Assembly: GCA_049291975.1 (NCBI GenBank)
Contig: JBATQJ010000152.1
Span: forward strand, 601-64,600
From: Scrofimicrobium sp.
GTDB lineage: Bacteria; Actinomycetota; Actinomycetes; Actinomycetales; Actinomycetaceae
Reading direction: 5' to 3'
Length of the DNA stretch: 64,000 bases
Of this stretch, positions 1 to 8,007 are shown piece by piece; positions within the stretch are counted from its first letter, which is position 1; each line of letters begins with the position of its first letter. Under the pieces are notes generated by a model. The model did no database searches. It was not told the origin of the DNA and worked only from the letters and a program-made list of their open reading frames with translations. Both the position numbers and the translations under genes were made by a program.

Positions 1-189
1 CTAACCTCCAACAGTCGCTGACTGACCGAATTAAGCGGACTGGCTACCGCTCGGACTGAGATCTGCTGCGTTCTCGTCCGGTGTCGCCACCACCTTCTTC
101 AGCACCCTCCTGCTCACTGCAACAATTAGGCTGCCGCGCGACTGCGCTGCCGCAAATTGAAGCAACACATGAGGCCCTACTCCGTCGGA

Positions 190-534
190 CTACTCTTGCG
201 GTTCCGCGTCCCAGAGCTCCTCGTACTCTGCGGCCACCGTGTCCCAGGCCATACGGGCGGCCTCGGACACGGCGGGCAAGTCACCGCTGCTCGCACGGAT
301 CACGAAGTCATGCGAGATAACCCGACGAGCGTGGTCTTGGCGACCTTTGGGGTCCGGGAATCGGAGCACCAATTTATCCCCGACACGTTTGGAGACCTTG
401 CGCTGATCGGCAACTCCAGCGAAGGCAGCTTCGTAGACGGGGAGCGGATCTGAGTAGCCGCCGTCACGTAGAAACCGGAACCCCCACAACTTGCCTCGGG
501 TCGCCCAGATGTATGATCCGGCCTCAAGCGTCAC
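190..534 (-). CDS. 114-aa hypothetical protein, translationally coupled to the upstream GTPase gene
   Basis: The in-frame GTG at 534-532 overlaps the TGA of the GTPase gene (GTGA), with GGAG 6 nt upstream. This is the C-terminal 114 codons of track ORF 190..828 (VTLEAGSYIWATRGKLWGFRF...EELWDAEPQE), which read as protein. The upstream 98 codons of that ORF overlap the GTPase gene and are Arg/Gly-rich junk. Confidence 0.6.
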   Translation of the reverse strand: MTLEAGSYIWATRGKLWGFRFLRDGGYSDPLPVYEAAFAGVADQRKVSKRVGDKLVLRFPDPKGRQDHARRVISHDFVIRASSGDLPAVSEAARMAWDTVAAEYEELWDAEPQE

Positions 535-1712
535 TTGAGGCTCCGCAGGAAAATCTGGTCTTCCTCTCCCTGATCCAGATCCATCTGGAATCGAGTCAGC
601 GTGGCCGTCACGTAGTTCTGCTTTGCGAGCGCTTCCTCGTTTACCTCTCGCAACTTGTCCCCTGCGAGCTGAGCCGCCTGATCCACAACGTCGGGGCTGA
701 TGAGCGCAAGGATCAGGCCGAGTGGACCGGGTTTGGCCTTGCCAAGGAGCGCAGCGGCAAGCAGCTTGGCACCACCGTTGATGATGCTCTCCGTAACCTT
801 CGCGGGGAGCTGCTGAAGCTTGGCCCACTTTGCATGCCGCTCCAACGGCAGAATTGCGGCGATCGGTAGCACGAGATCGAGCCCAACGCGCTTTGATACC
901 TCGATCTTTTCGGGCTCAAACTTCGCCGAAGACAGAAGTAGAAAGTCCTCAGCGACTGACATTGCGGCCGGATCTTGCACGAACCCGGCGAGCACCTTGC
1001 GGAGTTCATTGAGGTCGTCGGCAGCCTTGAGGTCGAGGAGGTCCCTGAACTTGAAGGCATCCATATCCGGGAAGAGGTCAGCCTTGGAGAGAACCATGAT
1101 CCAGATCCGAGGAAACTGGACGAGAGGTGCTCCATCCTCAAGGAGCTCGTCCTTGAGGCTTACAAGGCCGTTTGCGAAGTTACTAAAGAGCGACTTGAGG
1201 TACCGTTCTTCCTCCCCCGCGTGATCCTGCAGCCGCTGGCCGTCAACGAGAAGCAGGGCGATGTCTGAGCCTAGAAGTGAGCGGAACGTGTCGACACGCC
1301 GCAGTGCTTCTTCCTCGCCGCTTACACCCTGCTCAAACCATTCGCCCGGGTAGTCGTGCCACACGAGCCGCAGGGCATCAAACGGAGCCGCCTTGGCAGT
1401 CTTCGGGCGCGGAGGGTCCTTAAGCTTGATTGAGAAGGCATAGGAAGTCGCATCAGCGATTGTGGGGAGCGGAGCAACACCTTCGTCTCGCATGCCGAGG
1501 TAGTTGCGATTGAGTCGAGACCCTTGACCAATATCGTCAGCGACCACGCGGTAAAGACTCTGCTTGAGAAAGAACGCCTCTTGTGCCGCACCATAGAACG
1601 ACGACACGAGCACGGTCTTGCCGCTTCCACTCTCGCCAAACACTGCAATGTGCTGCTCAAGCACGGACTTTTTCTCCTGCATGTTTCTACTATAGAGGTC
1701 AGGGTCAGGCAC
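531..1712 (-). CDS. P-loop GTPase-like protein (TRAFAC-type motif order), family unassigned
   Basis: G1 is GESGSGKT (aa 26-33), G3 is DYPG within LVWHDYPGEW (aa 120-123), and a G4-like motif is LSKAD (aa 208-212). The C-terminal ~130 aa contain a hydrophobic stretch, GAKLLAAALLGKAKPGPLGLILALI. The start is GTG at 1712, or ATG at 1682. Confidence 0.75.
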   Translation of the reverse strand: MPDPDLYSRNMQEKKSVLEQHIAVFGESGSGKTVLVSSFYGAAQEAFFLKQSLYRVVADDIGQGSRLNRNYLGMRDEGVAPLPTIADATSYAFSIKLKDPPRPKTAKAAPFDALRLVWHDYPGEWFEQGVSGEEEALRRVDTFRSLLGSDIALLLVDGQRLQDHAGEEERYLKSLFSNFANGLVSLKDELLEDGAPLVQFPRIWIMVLSKADLFPDMDAFKFRDLLDLKAADDLNELRKVLAGFVQDPAAMSVAEDFLLLSSAKFEPEKIEVSKRVGLDLVLPIAAILPLERHAKWAKLQQLPAKVTESIINGGAKLLAAALLGKAKPGPLGLILALISPDVVDQAAQLAGDKLREVNEEALAKQNYVTATLTRFQMDLDQGEEDQIFLRSLK

Positions 1713-1952
1713 CGCCCCGAGTTAGGAGATGCGATCCGCGTCGCCAACCCGAACAACAAGGCCAGGCCGTGACCTCGTGAATGCCCGCGCGTTTCATGTG
1801 CTCACTCATGTGCTACCGGCGCTGTTAGGTTGTGAATCGCAGTGCAGTTTTCACAGGTAGGCTCCACAGAAATGGTGGAATCATGCGGTAGAACACCGAT
1901 TCACGATTTCGTGTGCAAGGGGGAACGGTTCAGTTCGACTCCGCGCTCCCAC

Positions 1953-2429
1953 TCAGAGCCGCAGGACGAGGGTGCCTTCTGATAGCTCGGCACCAGCAAG
2001 GAAACCCACTCGTTCATACAGCTTGCGGGCCGGGTTGCTTGCCTCAACACTGAGGCTGATTCCGTCGAGTTCACGGACATGGGCCTCGCGAATCGCCTCC
2101 TGCATCAGCGCCAGACCGACACCTTGTCCTCGATGCGGAGCATCCACCCAGATACTGAGTTCTGGGATGCTCTCTTGAACAAACCCATAGCCAGGGTCAG
2201 TTTCAGTGAAGAATCTCAACCAAACAACCCCAACAGGGCAACCTTCTACGCTCTCTGCGACGAATCCGAAGTCCTGTCCCGTCGGCCAGCACTCAAAGTA
2301 ATGGCGAAACTCTTGCCTCTGAAGTTCGTCCGGCGTGAATCGTTCGCCATTCCAGTTCAGATTCGCCAAGGTGGCCCGCATCAGCAAAGATTGATCTTCT
2401 ATCGTTGCTCTGCGCGTCAGTGGACTCAC
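1953..2429 (-). CDS. GNAT family N-acetyltransferase
   Basis: Acetyl-CoA binding core HRGQGVGLALMQEAI and C-terminal NPARKLYERVGF. The N-terminus RRATIEDQ is typical of GNATs. GTG at 2429 with AGGGG upstream, 8 nt after the stop of the preceding gene. Confidence 0.85.
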   Translation of the reverse strand: MSPLTRRATIEDQSLLMRATLANLNWNGERFTPDELQRQEFRHYFECWPTGQDFGFVAESVEGCPVGVVWLRFFTETDPGYGFVQESIPELSIWVDAPHRGQGVGLALMQEAIREAHVRELDGISLSVEASNPARKLYERVGFLAGAELSEGTLVLRL

Positions 2430-2436
2430 GATGCCC

Positions 2437-3138
2437 CTACCCAGCGCGTCCGCGACGGCCTGGCGGGAGCAACCCTCGGCCTCGGGCCTTGGCGATCCAG
2501 CCCTGCGCGGTACTGAGCGCGACGCCGTTGATGTCGGCCATCGTTGCCGAGGGGTTCCCGTCGCCCTGACCCGAGAGCTTGCCGTGCTGCAACGCGACAA
2601 GCTCGTAGAAATCAGGCACCTGCTTCGGGTTGCCGAGCGGCTTCAAGAGGTCTCGGTCGCTCACCTTGCGACCGCTCGGGAGCACGATCTTGTTGCCGGT
2701 AACGGTGGCGACGCGCTTCATGGCGAATAGGCGCTTGTTGATCGCGGCCTCGATCTTCGCAGTCGGCAGTTCGCGCAGCAGGTGGCTGGTGATGGGGTCA
2801 CCCGGTCGCCACGGCAGATAGATCACCCCAGTGATGCGCACTTCCTCGGGAGTTGCGTAGAGCTGCCGCTGCAAACGGATCATCACCCGCGTCGCCGTGC
2901 CCTCATGCTCGATGTAGCGCCAGCGACCGTCCGCGGTCTCGTTCTGCTCAGAATCGGCGCTCTCGCCCGTCGTTTGGTCGTCATAGCCGAGCACGCGGTC
3001 GATCTCGTCGCTCGCATCGTCAGGGCGCTCGCCGGGAAAGCGAGAAGCGAGGTGCCAGCCCGCAGGCAGGTCAGCCTGCGTGAGCAGCCCGTCTGCGCTC
3101 TGATCCCCTGCGCGGGGCGTGGGTAGTGCCATGCGCAC
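2437..3138 (-). CDS. Island hypothetical protein with a C-terminal HTH-like segment
   Basis: A 233-aa ORF divergent from xis. The C-terminus NPSATMADINGVALSTAQGWIAKARGRGLL looks like a helix-turn-helix. No other family recognised. Confidence 0.65.
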   Translation of the reverse strand: MRMALPTPRAGDQSADGLLTQADLPAGWHLASRFPGERPDDASDEIDRVLGYDDQTTGESADSEQNETADGRWRYIEHEGTATRVMIRLQRQLYATPEEVRITGVIYLPWRPGDPITSHLLRELPTAKIEAAINKRLFAMKRVATVTGNKIVLPSGRKVSDRDLLKPLGNPKQVPDFYELVALQHGKLSGQGDGNPSATMADINGVALSTAQGWIAKARGRGLLPPGRRGRAG

Positions 3139-3265
3139 GAGTCTATCGGAAACACGCGCTTATCTCATGTAGTTGCGGTTACACGTTGTTTATGTTCTAA
3201 TATCAGGTACTCGCAAGAACACTAGTTATTGGTGGCGTTCACGCGCACCCGATGAGAGGAAGGGC

Positions 3266-3463
3266 ATGACCGAGGCGACGACCCAGACGGACTACCTCAC
3301 GCGCTCCGAGGCCGCCGCCCGGTGCCGGGTGCCATTGCCGACGTTCGATAAGCTGCGCCGCGAGGGTCTGATCCCCGAACCGGATGCCGAGGTGGGCAAG
3401 CACAAGCTCTGGCGCGCTGACACCATCGACGAGTTCCTCGAAGTCGGCGGAACGAGACGCTGA
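3266..3463 (+). CDS. xis: Excisionase / MerR-like HTH DNA-binding protein
   Basis: A 65-aa protein, YLTRSEAAARCRVPLPTFDKLRREGLIP...KLWRADTIDEFL. GAGAGGAAGGG Shine-Dalgarno upstream. Its stop overlaps the int start (TGATG). Confidence 0.8.
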   Translation: MTEATTQTDYLTRSEAAARCRVPLPTFDKLRREGLIPEPDAEVGKHKLWRADTIDEFLEVGGTRR

Positions 3464-4755
3464 TGGCCGGCCGACCGTCGAACACCTCCCCGTGGCGTAT
3501 CGACCCGAAGACGGGTCGACCGCTGCCTGAGAGGATACGGTGGCGGGCAGATCGCAACCGCTATCAGATTCGAGTGACGGTCACCGATCTAGCGGGGAAC
3601 AAGCAGCATCGCTCGCGCATGTTCCTCACGCTCGCCGAGGCGAAGCGGGAGCTGGCGAAAGAGGTTGCTGGCCGTAACCCGAACGCGGGCATGACGCTCA
3701 CCCAGTGGCACGAGCGCTACTGGCCTGCCGTCGTGGCGTCGGTGCGGGTCGGAACGGCGCGCGGGTACGACGTGTCGTGGCGCAAGCGGGTGCAGCCGAC
3801 CCTCGGCGATAAGAAGCTCGAAGACATCACCTCGCCGCTCATCGAGTCGGCGATGGTGTCGTGGGCGGGTTCACCTTCGATCAAGGTCGATTCGCTCGCG
3901 GTGCTCAGCCGCTTGCTCGACGGCGCACGCCGGGCGAGGATCATCGACTACAACCCCGCACGCGAGGTGAAGCGCCCGAGCCAGGACACCTCCGTGTCGC
4001 CGACCTCTCGGGCGCTCACCGTGCGACAGATCACGAAGATGCTCGAACTCATCGAGCCGGGCGTGTACCGTCGCTACGCGGCGGCGCTCGTATTCACGGG
4101 GATGCGGGCGGGCGAGGCGACCGCGATGCGGGTGCGCGATGCCGATTTGCGGCAGGGCATCCTCCGCGTCAGCCGAAGCTTCTCACCCGGCAAACACGGC
4201 GAACTGATCGAGCAGAGCCCGAAGAGCCACAAGGAACGAGAGGTGCCGATCACGAAGCAGCTCGGCCCATACGTTCTCGAAGCGGCGAAGGGTAAGGAGC
4301 CCGACGACCTGCTGTGGGCCGGGCCGAACGGGGGCAGGCTCACCGCCCGGAACTTCCGCCGCGCGGTCGAGTGGGAGAAGATCAAGACCGCACTGCGCCG
4401 CCCCGACCTGCGCGTGCACGACCTCCGGCACACCTTCGCCACGATCCTCTTCGACGCGGGAGCATCCGCACCCGACGTTCAGGCAGTGCTCCGACACTCC
4501 AGCCTGCAAGTCACCGAACGCTACTCACGAGCCCGCGAGGGCGTCGCGCGGCGCGGTGGCGCGGTGCTCGACGGACTCTTCGAGTCCGACAAGCCGAAGC
4601 CCAAGAAGAACGGCAAGACTCCCGATGGGAAGAAACCGCGCCGCAACCATGCGATCCCGAACCCCAACGACCCGTTCGCCAATCCGTTCGGCAGCAACTC
4701 CGGCCGCCGCAATGGCCCAAATTTGGCCCAAGGCCATCAAGGGGTCGGTCTCTAG
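3463..4755 (+). CDS. int: Tyrosine-type site-specific integrase
   Basis: Catalytic-domain motifs GMRAGEATAMRVRD, HDLRHTFAT and LRHSSLQVTERYSR. Low-complexity Lys/Pro/Asn C-terminal tail. Confidence 0.95.
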   Translation: MAGRPSNTSPWRIDPKTGRPLPERIRWRADRNRYQIRVTVTDLAGNKQHRSRMFLTLAEAKRELAKEVAGRNPNAGMTLTQWHERYWPAVVASVRVGTARGYDVSWRKRVQPTLGDKKLEDITSPLIESAMVSWAGSPSIKVDSLAVLSRLLDGARRARIIDYNPAREVKRPSQDTSVSPTSRALTVRQITKMLELIEPGVYRRYAAALVFTGMRAGEATAMRVRDADLRQGILRVSRSFSPGKHGELIEQSPKSHKEREVPITKQLGPYVLEAAKGKEPDDLLWAGPNGGRLTARNFRRAVEWEKIKTALRRPDLRVHDLRHTFATILFDAGASAPDVQAVLRHSSLQVTERYSRAREGVARRGGAVLDGLFESDKPKPKKNGKTPDGKKPRRNHAIPNPNDPFANPFGSNSGRRNGPNLAQGHQGVGL

Positions 4756-4766
4756 ACCTCAAAATG

Positions 4767-4826
4767 GATCCTGCGACTACGCGCAGGATGACGGCGGCGA
4801 GATCCTGCGACTGCGCGCAGGATGAC
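4767..4826. repeat. Two tandem 26-bp repeats (4767-4792 and 4801-4826), each with an internal 8-bp palindrome
   Basis: GATCCTGCGACTACGCGCAGGATGAC versus GATCCTGCGACTGCGCGCAGGATGAC: 1 mismatch, 34-bp period. Each has the form ATCCTGCG-N6-CGCAGGAT. They lie between the int stop and the tRNA. Confidence 0.85.
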
Positions 4827-4844
4827 AGTAAGGCCACCTGACCA

Positions 4845-4889
4845 GGGAAAATAAAAGAGCCCCCACGAGTAGAAGCCTCGTGAGGGCTC
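4845..4889 (-). terminator. Rho-independent terminator downstream of the tRNA-Arg/tRNA-Phe pair
   Basis: 13-bp stem GAGCCCCCACGAG / CTCGTGAGGGCTC (1 mismatch) with a 7-nt loop. On the minus strand it is followed by TTTTATTTTCCC. Confidence 0.7.
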
Positions 4890-4914
4890 AGCAGCGGTGT
4901 AATACTCCGCTACG

Positions 4915-4987
4915 TGGCTCCGACCGGCATCGATCCGGTGACCTTTCGATTTTCAGTCCAACGCTCCACCAACTGAGCTACAGTGCC
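4915..4987 (-). tRNA. tRNA-Phe (anticodon GAA) with atypical 3' half
   Basis: 73-nt cloverleaf: GGCACTG TA GCTC AGTTGGTG GAGC G TTGGA CTGAAAA TCGAA AGGTC ACCGG ATCGATG CCGGT CGGAGCC A. CCA is not encoded. There is an A4:A69 mismatch, a G29:G41 mismatch, and a T-loop beginning with A instead of T. Confidence 0.75.
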
Positions 4988-5022
4988 GAAAGGTCGCCAT
5001 GACAGGACAACCCCCACAAGAG

Positions 5023-5095
5023 TGCCCCAAACAGGATTCGAACCTGCGACCTTTCGCTCCGGAGGCGAACGCTCTATCCACTGAGCTATTGGGGC
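5023..5095 (-). tRNA. tRNA-Arg (anticodon CCG)
   Basis: Canonical 73-nt cloverleaf: GCCCCAA TA GCTC AGTGGATA GAGC G TTCGC CTCCGGA GCGAA AGGTC GCAGG TTCGAAT CCTGT TTGGGGC A. Confidence 0.9.
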
Positions 5096-5160
5096 TCTCT
5101 CCACGAAGCCGTCGAATGACAGCCACATAGAAGCAGAAAAACTCTACCAGGCTTCCTGGG

Positions 5161-5946
5161 CTATCCCATCTCGGGGTCCCACAGCCCCTCTTCCTGAAAG
5201 GTCTTTTTTGCCAGTTCGGGAACGTCGGTGACGATGCCGTCAACTCCCATATTCACCAGCTTGATCATCTGCTCAGGATCGTCGACGGTCCAGACATGAA
5301 CCGCCAGGCCCGCCGTGTGTGCCGTGGCGACAAACCGTGGGCTAACAACCCTGATTCCCCGTGTCTTCTCGGGAACCTGAGCTGCTCTCGCGTGATGCCT
5401 GGGACCCGGGACACGCCACGTCTCAGCGTTTGAAACGGTCTCTGATGCGAGCAACAGGTTCACTATTGCCTTCACGCCCAGAGAGGTCGAGACCTCCGGA
5501 CCACCGATGAGGCGAATGTGTTCAAGCCTACGTTCCGAGAACGAGGCAATCATGGTCCGTCCGATCGCGTCGTGCTCCTTGAGCTCTTGGACGAGGGGCT
5601 CCGCGACCTCGTTCGTCTTGGCATCAATGTTCAAGTACAGCTCTGGGAACTCGGTGAGGACCTCAGAAAGCAGAGGCATCTTCTCGCCCGCATCGTTTCG
5701 AAGCTCAGAGATCTCTTCGTACGTGTGCTCGAAGATCTTGCCCTCACCGCCGTAACTCCGGTCGAGGGTCTCATCGTGGCAGACCACAACCTGGCCGTCG
5801 GCGGTCAGCTGCACGTCTGTTTCGAGGTACCTGATTCCGATCTCTGAAAGCCGATGGAACGCGGCCATCGTGTTCTCGGGGGCCTCAAGACCTCCGCCGC
5901 GATGCGCAAAGATTATGGGATACGGGCTGGCCGCTACGGGTATCAC
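5161..5946 (-). CDS. Glycerophosphodiester phosphodiesterase (GDPD family)
   Basis: IIFAHRGG...APENT...YLETDVQLTADGQVVVCHDETLDR. The GTG at 5946 overlaps the TGA of the upstream M23 gene (GTGA). Confidence 0.9.
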   Translation of the reverse strand: MIPVAASPYPIIFAHRGGGLEAPENTMAAFHRLSEIGIRYLETDVQLTADGQVVVCHDETLDRSYGGEGKIFEHTYEEISELRNDAGEKMPLLSEVLTEFPELYLNIDAKTNEVAEPLVQELKEHDAIGRTMIASFSERRLEHIRLIGGPEVSTSLGVKAIVNLLLASETVSNAETWRVPGPRHHARAAQVPEKTRGIRVVSPRFVATAHTAGLAVHVWTVDDPEQMIKLVNMGVDGIVTDVPELAKKTFQEEGLWDPEMG

Positions 5947-6803
5947 GAGCACTCCTGGCCGAGGAACACCGCGTCGTGAGCTTGAAGCCAAGGGCTGGGG
6001 TCTATCGTTTCGGTACCACCCATAGGGTGTAGCTCTAGGTGCAGGTGGGGACCAGTTGAGTTTCCAGTACTTCCGACAGAGCCGATCTGCTCACCGGCTT
6101 TCACGCTCTGACCAACGGCAACTACTTGTGTTCCCTCAGCCTGGTGCAGGTACCAGGACTGGATCATGCTTCCATCGGTGTCGACGTGATCGATAATCGT
6201 CAGGTAGCCGTACGAGTCGCGGAATCCAGCAAATGATACGGTCCCATCCGCGACAGCATTAATGGGTGTTCCAAAAGGTGCGGCGTAGTCGTCGCCCTGG
6301 TGAAGTTCATATGCCCCGGTAAACGGACTGAAACGGTATCCGTAGGGTGAGGAAGTCGTGTAAGTACCTTCACGAAGAGGAAAATAGACTCTCTGTGCTT
6401 CGGTGAAGCTACGTGAGCCGTTTGCTGCTGTGGGAAGAGCAAGACAACTGTCCACAACAACGGAGGCTCGAACACGGGCCCTGGATGCCGCAGTCGTCGT
6501 ACTCGCGAAGTCTCCCGTGTCCTGCAGACCCTCCGATGCGAGCCCGGCCCACGACCCTTCGCCTGGTAACGGAACGCTTCCGGTCGTCGTCGAGGGTTCA
6601 TTTGAGGACTCGGCTACTGCCGTGGCAGTGGTCGCGGGGCTTACCAGCAGGGTTGCGAGCACTCCGGTTAGCGCAACAACTCCACCAACCCTGGCCCATT
6701 GAACGTGGCTATCCGTACTTGGCGTTAGGACTTGAGTCTTAGAGGACGAACCATGAAGCTCCGTCCGACTAGGGAACGGCACACCCACGTTCTCCCGCGA
6801 CAT
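5943..6803 (-). CDS. M23 family (LytM-type) metallopeptidase, secreted
   Basis: HQGDDYAAPFGTPI...WYLHQ...GSTGNSTGPHLHLELH, with an N-terminal hydrophobic segment. ATG at 6803 has AGGAAAG about 10 nt upstream; the track ORF starts at TTG 6812. Confidence 0.9.
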   Translation of the reverse strand: MSRENVGVPFPSRTELHGSSSKTQVLTPSTDSHVQWARVGGVVALTGVLATLLVSPATTATAVAESSNEPSTTTGSVPLPGEGSWAGLASEGLQDTGDFASTTTAASRARVRASVVVDSCLALPTAANGSRSFTEAQRVYFPLREGTYTTSSPYGYRFSPFTGAYELHQGDDYAAPFGTPINAVADGTVSFAGFRDSYGYLTIIDHVDTDGSMIQSWYLHQAEGTQVVAVGQSVKAGEQIGSVGSTGNSTGPHLHLELHPMGGTETIDPSPWLQAHDAVFLGQECS

Positions 6804-6946
6804 CCATCCCAACTTTCCTGCTTGACTGCCTTTTAGTGCGCTCTACCACCGGCGTAGAAACACGCTCCGAAAATGATTGTACGCGTCAGAGGAGGATTGA
6901 CCAGTGCCCTTGGTCACGGCATCCGCCTGTTTCACAGCCAAATATG

Positions 6947-8005
6947 TCACTGAATGCCTCGTTGCAACGAATCCTTAACCTGACCGACCAGCTCTTCGAG
7001 CAGGTCCTCAAGAAAGAGCACACCTATTACTGATTCTTTCCCCGCAGACGAGTCAAACCTGGTAACAGCTTCCATATGTTTCGCACCCTTTTGCATGGAG
7101 CGAAGCACGGACTCTGCCTCAGCGTTTTCGTCCACCGACTCCAGTTCCCGAATACGCCAAGATTCAAGCGGCTCGCCCCGCTGATCACCGGTCGCATACA
7201 GCACATCCTTCAGGTGGACGTAACCGACCAGATTTCCTTCGTCGTCCGCGACGGGGAATCTCGAGAACCCAGTCTTCGTAACCAGCGCTTCAACCGAATC
7301 GGGAGTAACCGGCTCAGTCAGAACAGTGAGTTGGCCCAGCGGAACCATCAGGGAACCGGCCGTCTCCTCAGTGAACTCAAGGGTTCCAGTCAGCAATCCC
7401 AAGTCATCAACAAGTTTGCCCTCCTCGCGAGAGAGCTCGACAATCGAGGCAACTTCCTCCACCGTAAAAGTCGCGGAGATCTCTGACTTCGGCTCCATCC
7501 CAAAGACCCGCAGGAACCAGTTCGCGGTGTGGTCAAGTCCGACAACGATGGGACGCAGTACTTTTCCAAACGCGACAAGAATTGGGGCAAGCAGCAGCAG
7601 GGCCTTTTCGGGCGAGGAAATTGAAATGTTCTTCGGAACCATCTCCCCGAAGACAACATGAAGGAACAGGACTAGCAGCAGGGCAATAACGAATGCCACA
7701 CCGTGTGCTGCCCCCGCCGGAGCACCGATTGCAACAAGTGGGCCTTCAATCAGGTGGGCAATCGCGGGTTCTGCGATAACGCCCAGCGAGGTCGACATCA
7801 CGGTGATTCCCAGCTGACAGATTGCCAGCATCACAGAGACGTGTTCAAGCGCGTAGAAAGCCTGCTTCGCACCGCGACGCTGCTCGTGAACCAGCGGCTC
7901 AACCGCTGACCGCCGGGAAGAGGTAACCGCAAACTCCGAAGCCACAAAGAATGCATTGACCAGCAGCAGTATGACGGTGATTCCTAGTCCGAGCACGGGA
8001 TTCAT
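6947..8005 (-). CDS. CNNM/DUF21 + CBS-pair membrane protein (hemolysin/CorC-like)
   Basis: N-terminal DUF21 helices (FFVASEFAV, GEMVPK) followed by CBS-like repeats. Paired with its paralog immediately upstream. Confidence 0.9.
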   Translation of the reverse strand: MNPVLGLGITVILLLVNAFFVASEFAVTSSRRSAVEPLVHEQRRGAKQAFYALEHVSVMLAICQLGITVMSTSLGVIAEPAIAHLIEGPLVAIGAPAGAAHGVAFVIALLLVLFLHVVFGEMVPKNISISSPEKALLLLAPILVAFGKVLRPIVVGLDHTANWFLRVFGMEPKSEISATFTVEEVASIVELSREEGKLVDDLGLLTGTLEFTEETAGSLMVPLGQLTVLTEPVTPDSVEALVTKTGFSRFPVADDEGNLVGYVHLKDVLYATGDQRGEPLESWRIRELESVDENAEAESVLRSMQKGAKHMEAVTRFDSSAGKESVIGVLFLEDLLEELVGQVKDSLQRGIQ

Positions 8006-8007
8006 AG

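Larger units (their letters stand above)
1..4987. mobile_element. Right-hand part of an integrative genomic island inserted at tRNA-Phe (left end lies outside the window)
   Basis: A tyrosine integrase and an overlapping excisionase-type HTH gene lie directly beside the 3' end of tRNA-Phe. The cargo (HTH protein, GNAT, GTPase module) is unrelated to the flanking housekeeping genes. The tRNA-Phe helix mismatches are confined to its 3' half. Confidence 0.6.

Noticed and set aside
31-168. 45-codon minus-strand ORF downstream of the 114-aa gene at the window edge
   Set aside because: No RBS and no recognisable features. The other frames are closed, so 1-189 is treated as non-coding island DNA.
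1707-1809. 33-codon upstream ORF (MSEHMKRAGIHEVTAWPCC...) whose stop overlaps the GTPase start
   Set aside because: There is no Shine-Dalgarno and the peptide composition is implausible. It is probably just 5' UTR.
1925-1952. tRNA-like 3' fragment (GTTCGACTCCGCGCTCCCA) next to the GNAT stop, considered as an att remnant
   Set aside because: No complementary T-stem or acceptor 5' strand is present, it is oriented opposite to tRNA-Phe, and it is unrelated in sequence. Probably a chance resemblance.
4767-4826. The palindromic tandem repeats as a mini CRISPR array
   Set aside because: There are only two copies with an 8-bp spacer and no cas genes, and they sit inside the int-att region. They are better explained as recombination-protein sites or hairpins.
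6804-6946. Possible cyclic-di-AMP (ydaO-type) riboswitch upstream of the M23 peptidase gene, as seen ahead of some actinobacterial wall hydrolases
   Set aside because: I could not find the conserved ydaO core segments on the minus strand, and the region is short. No support from the sequence.
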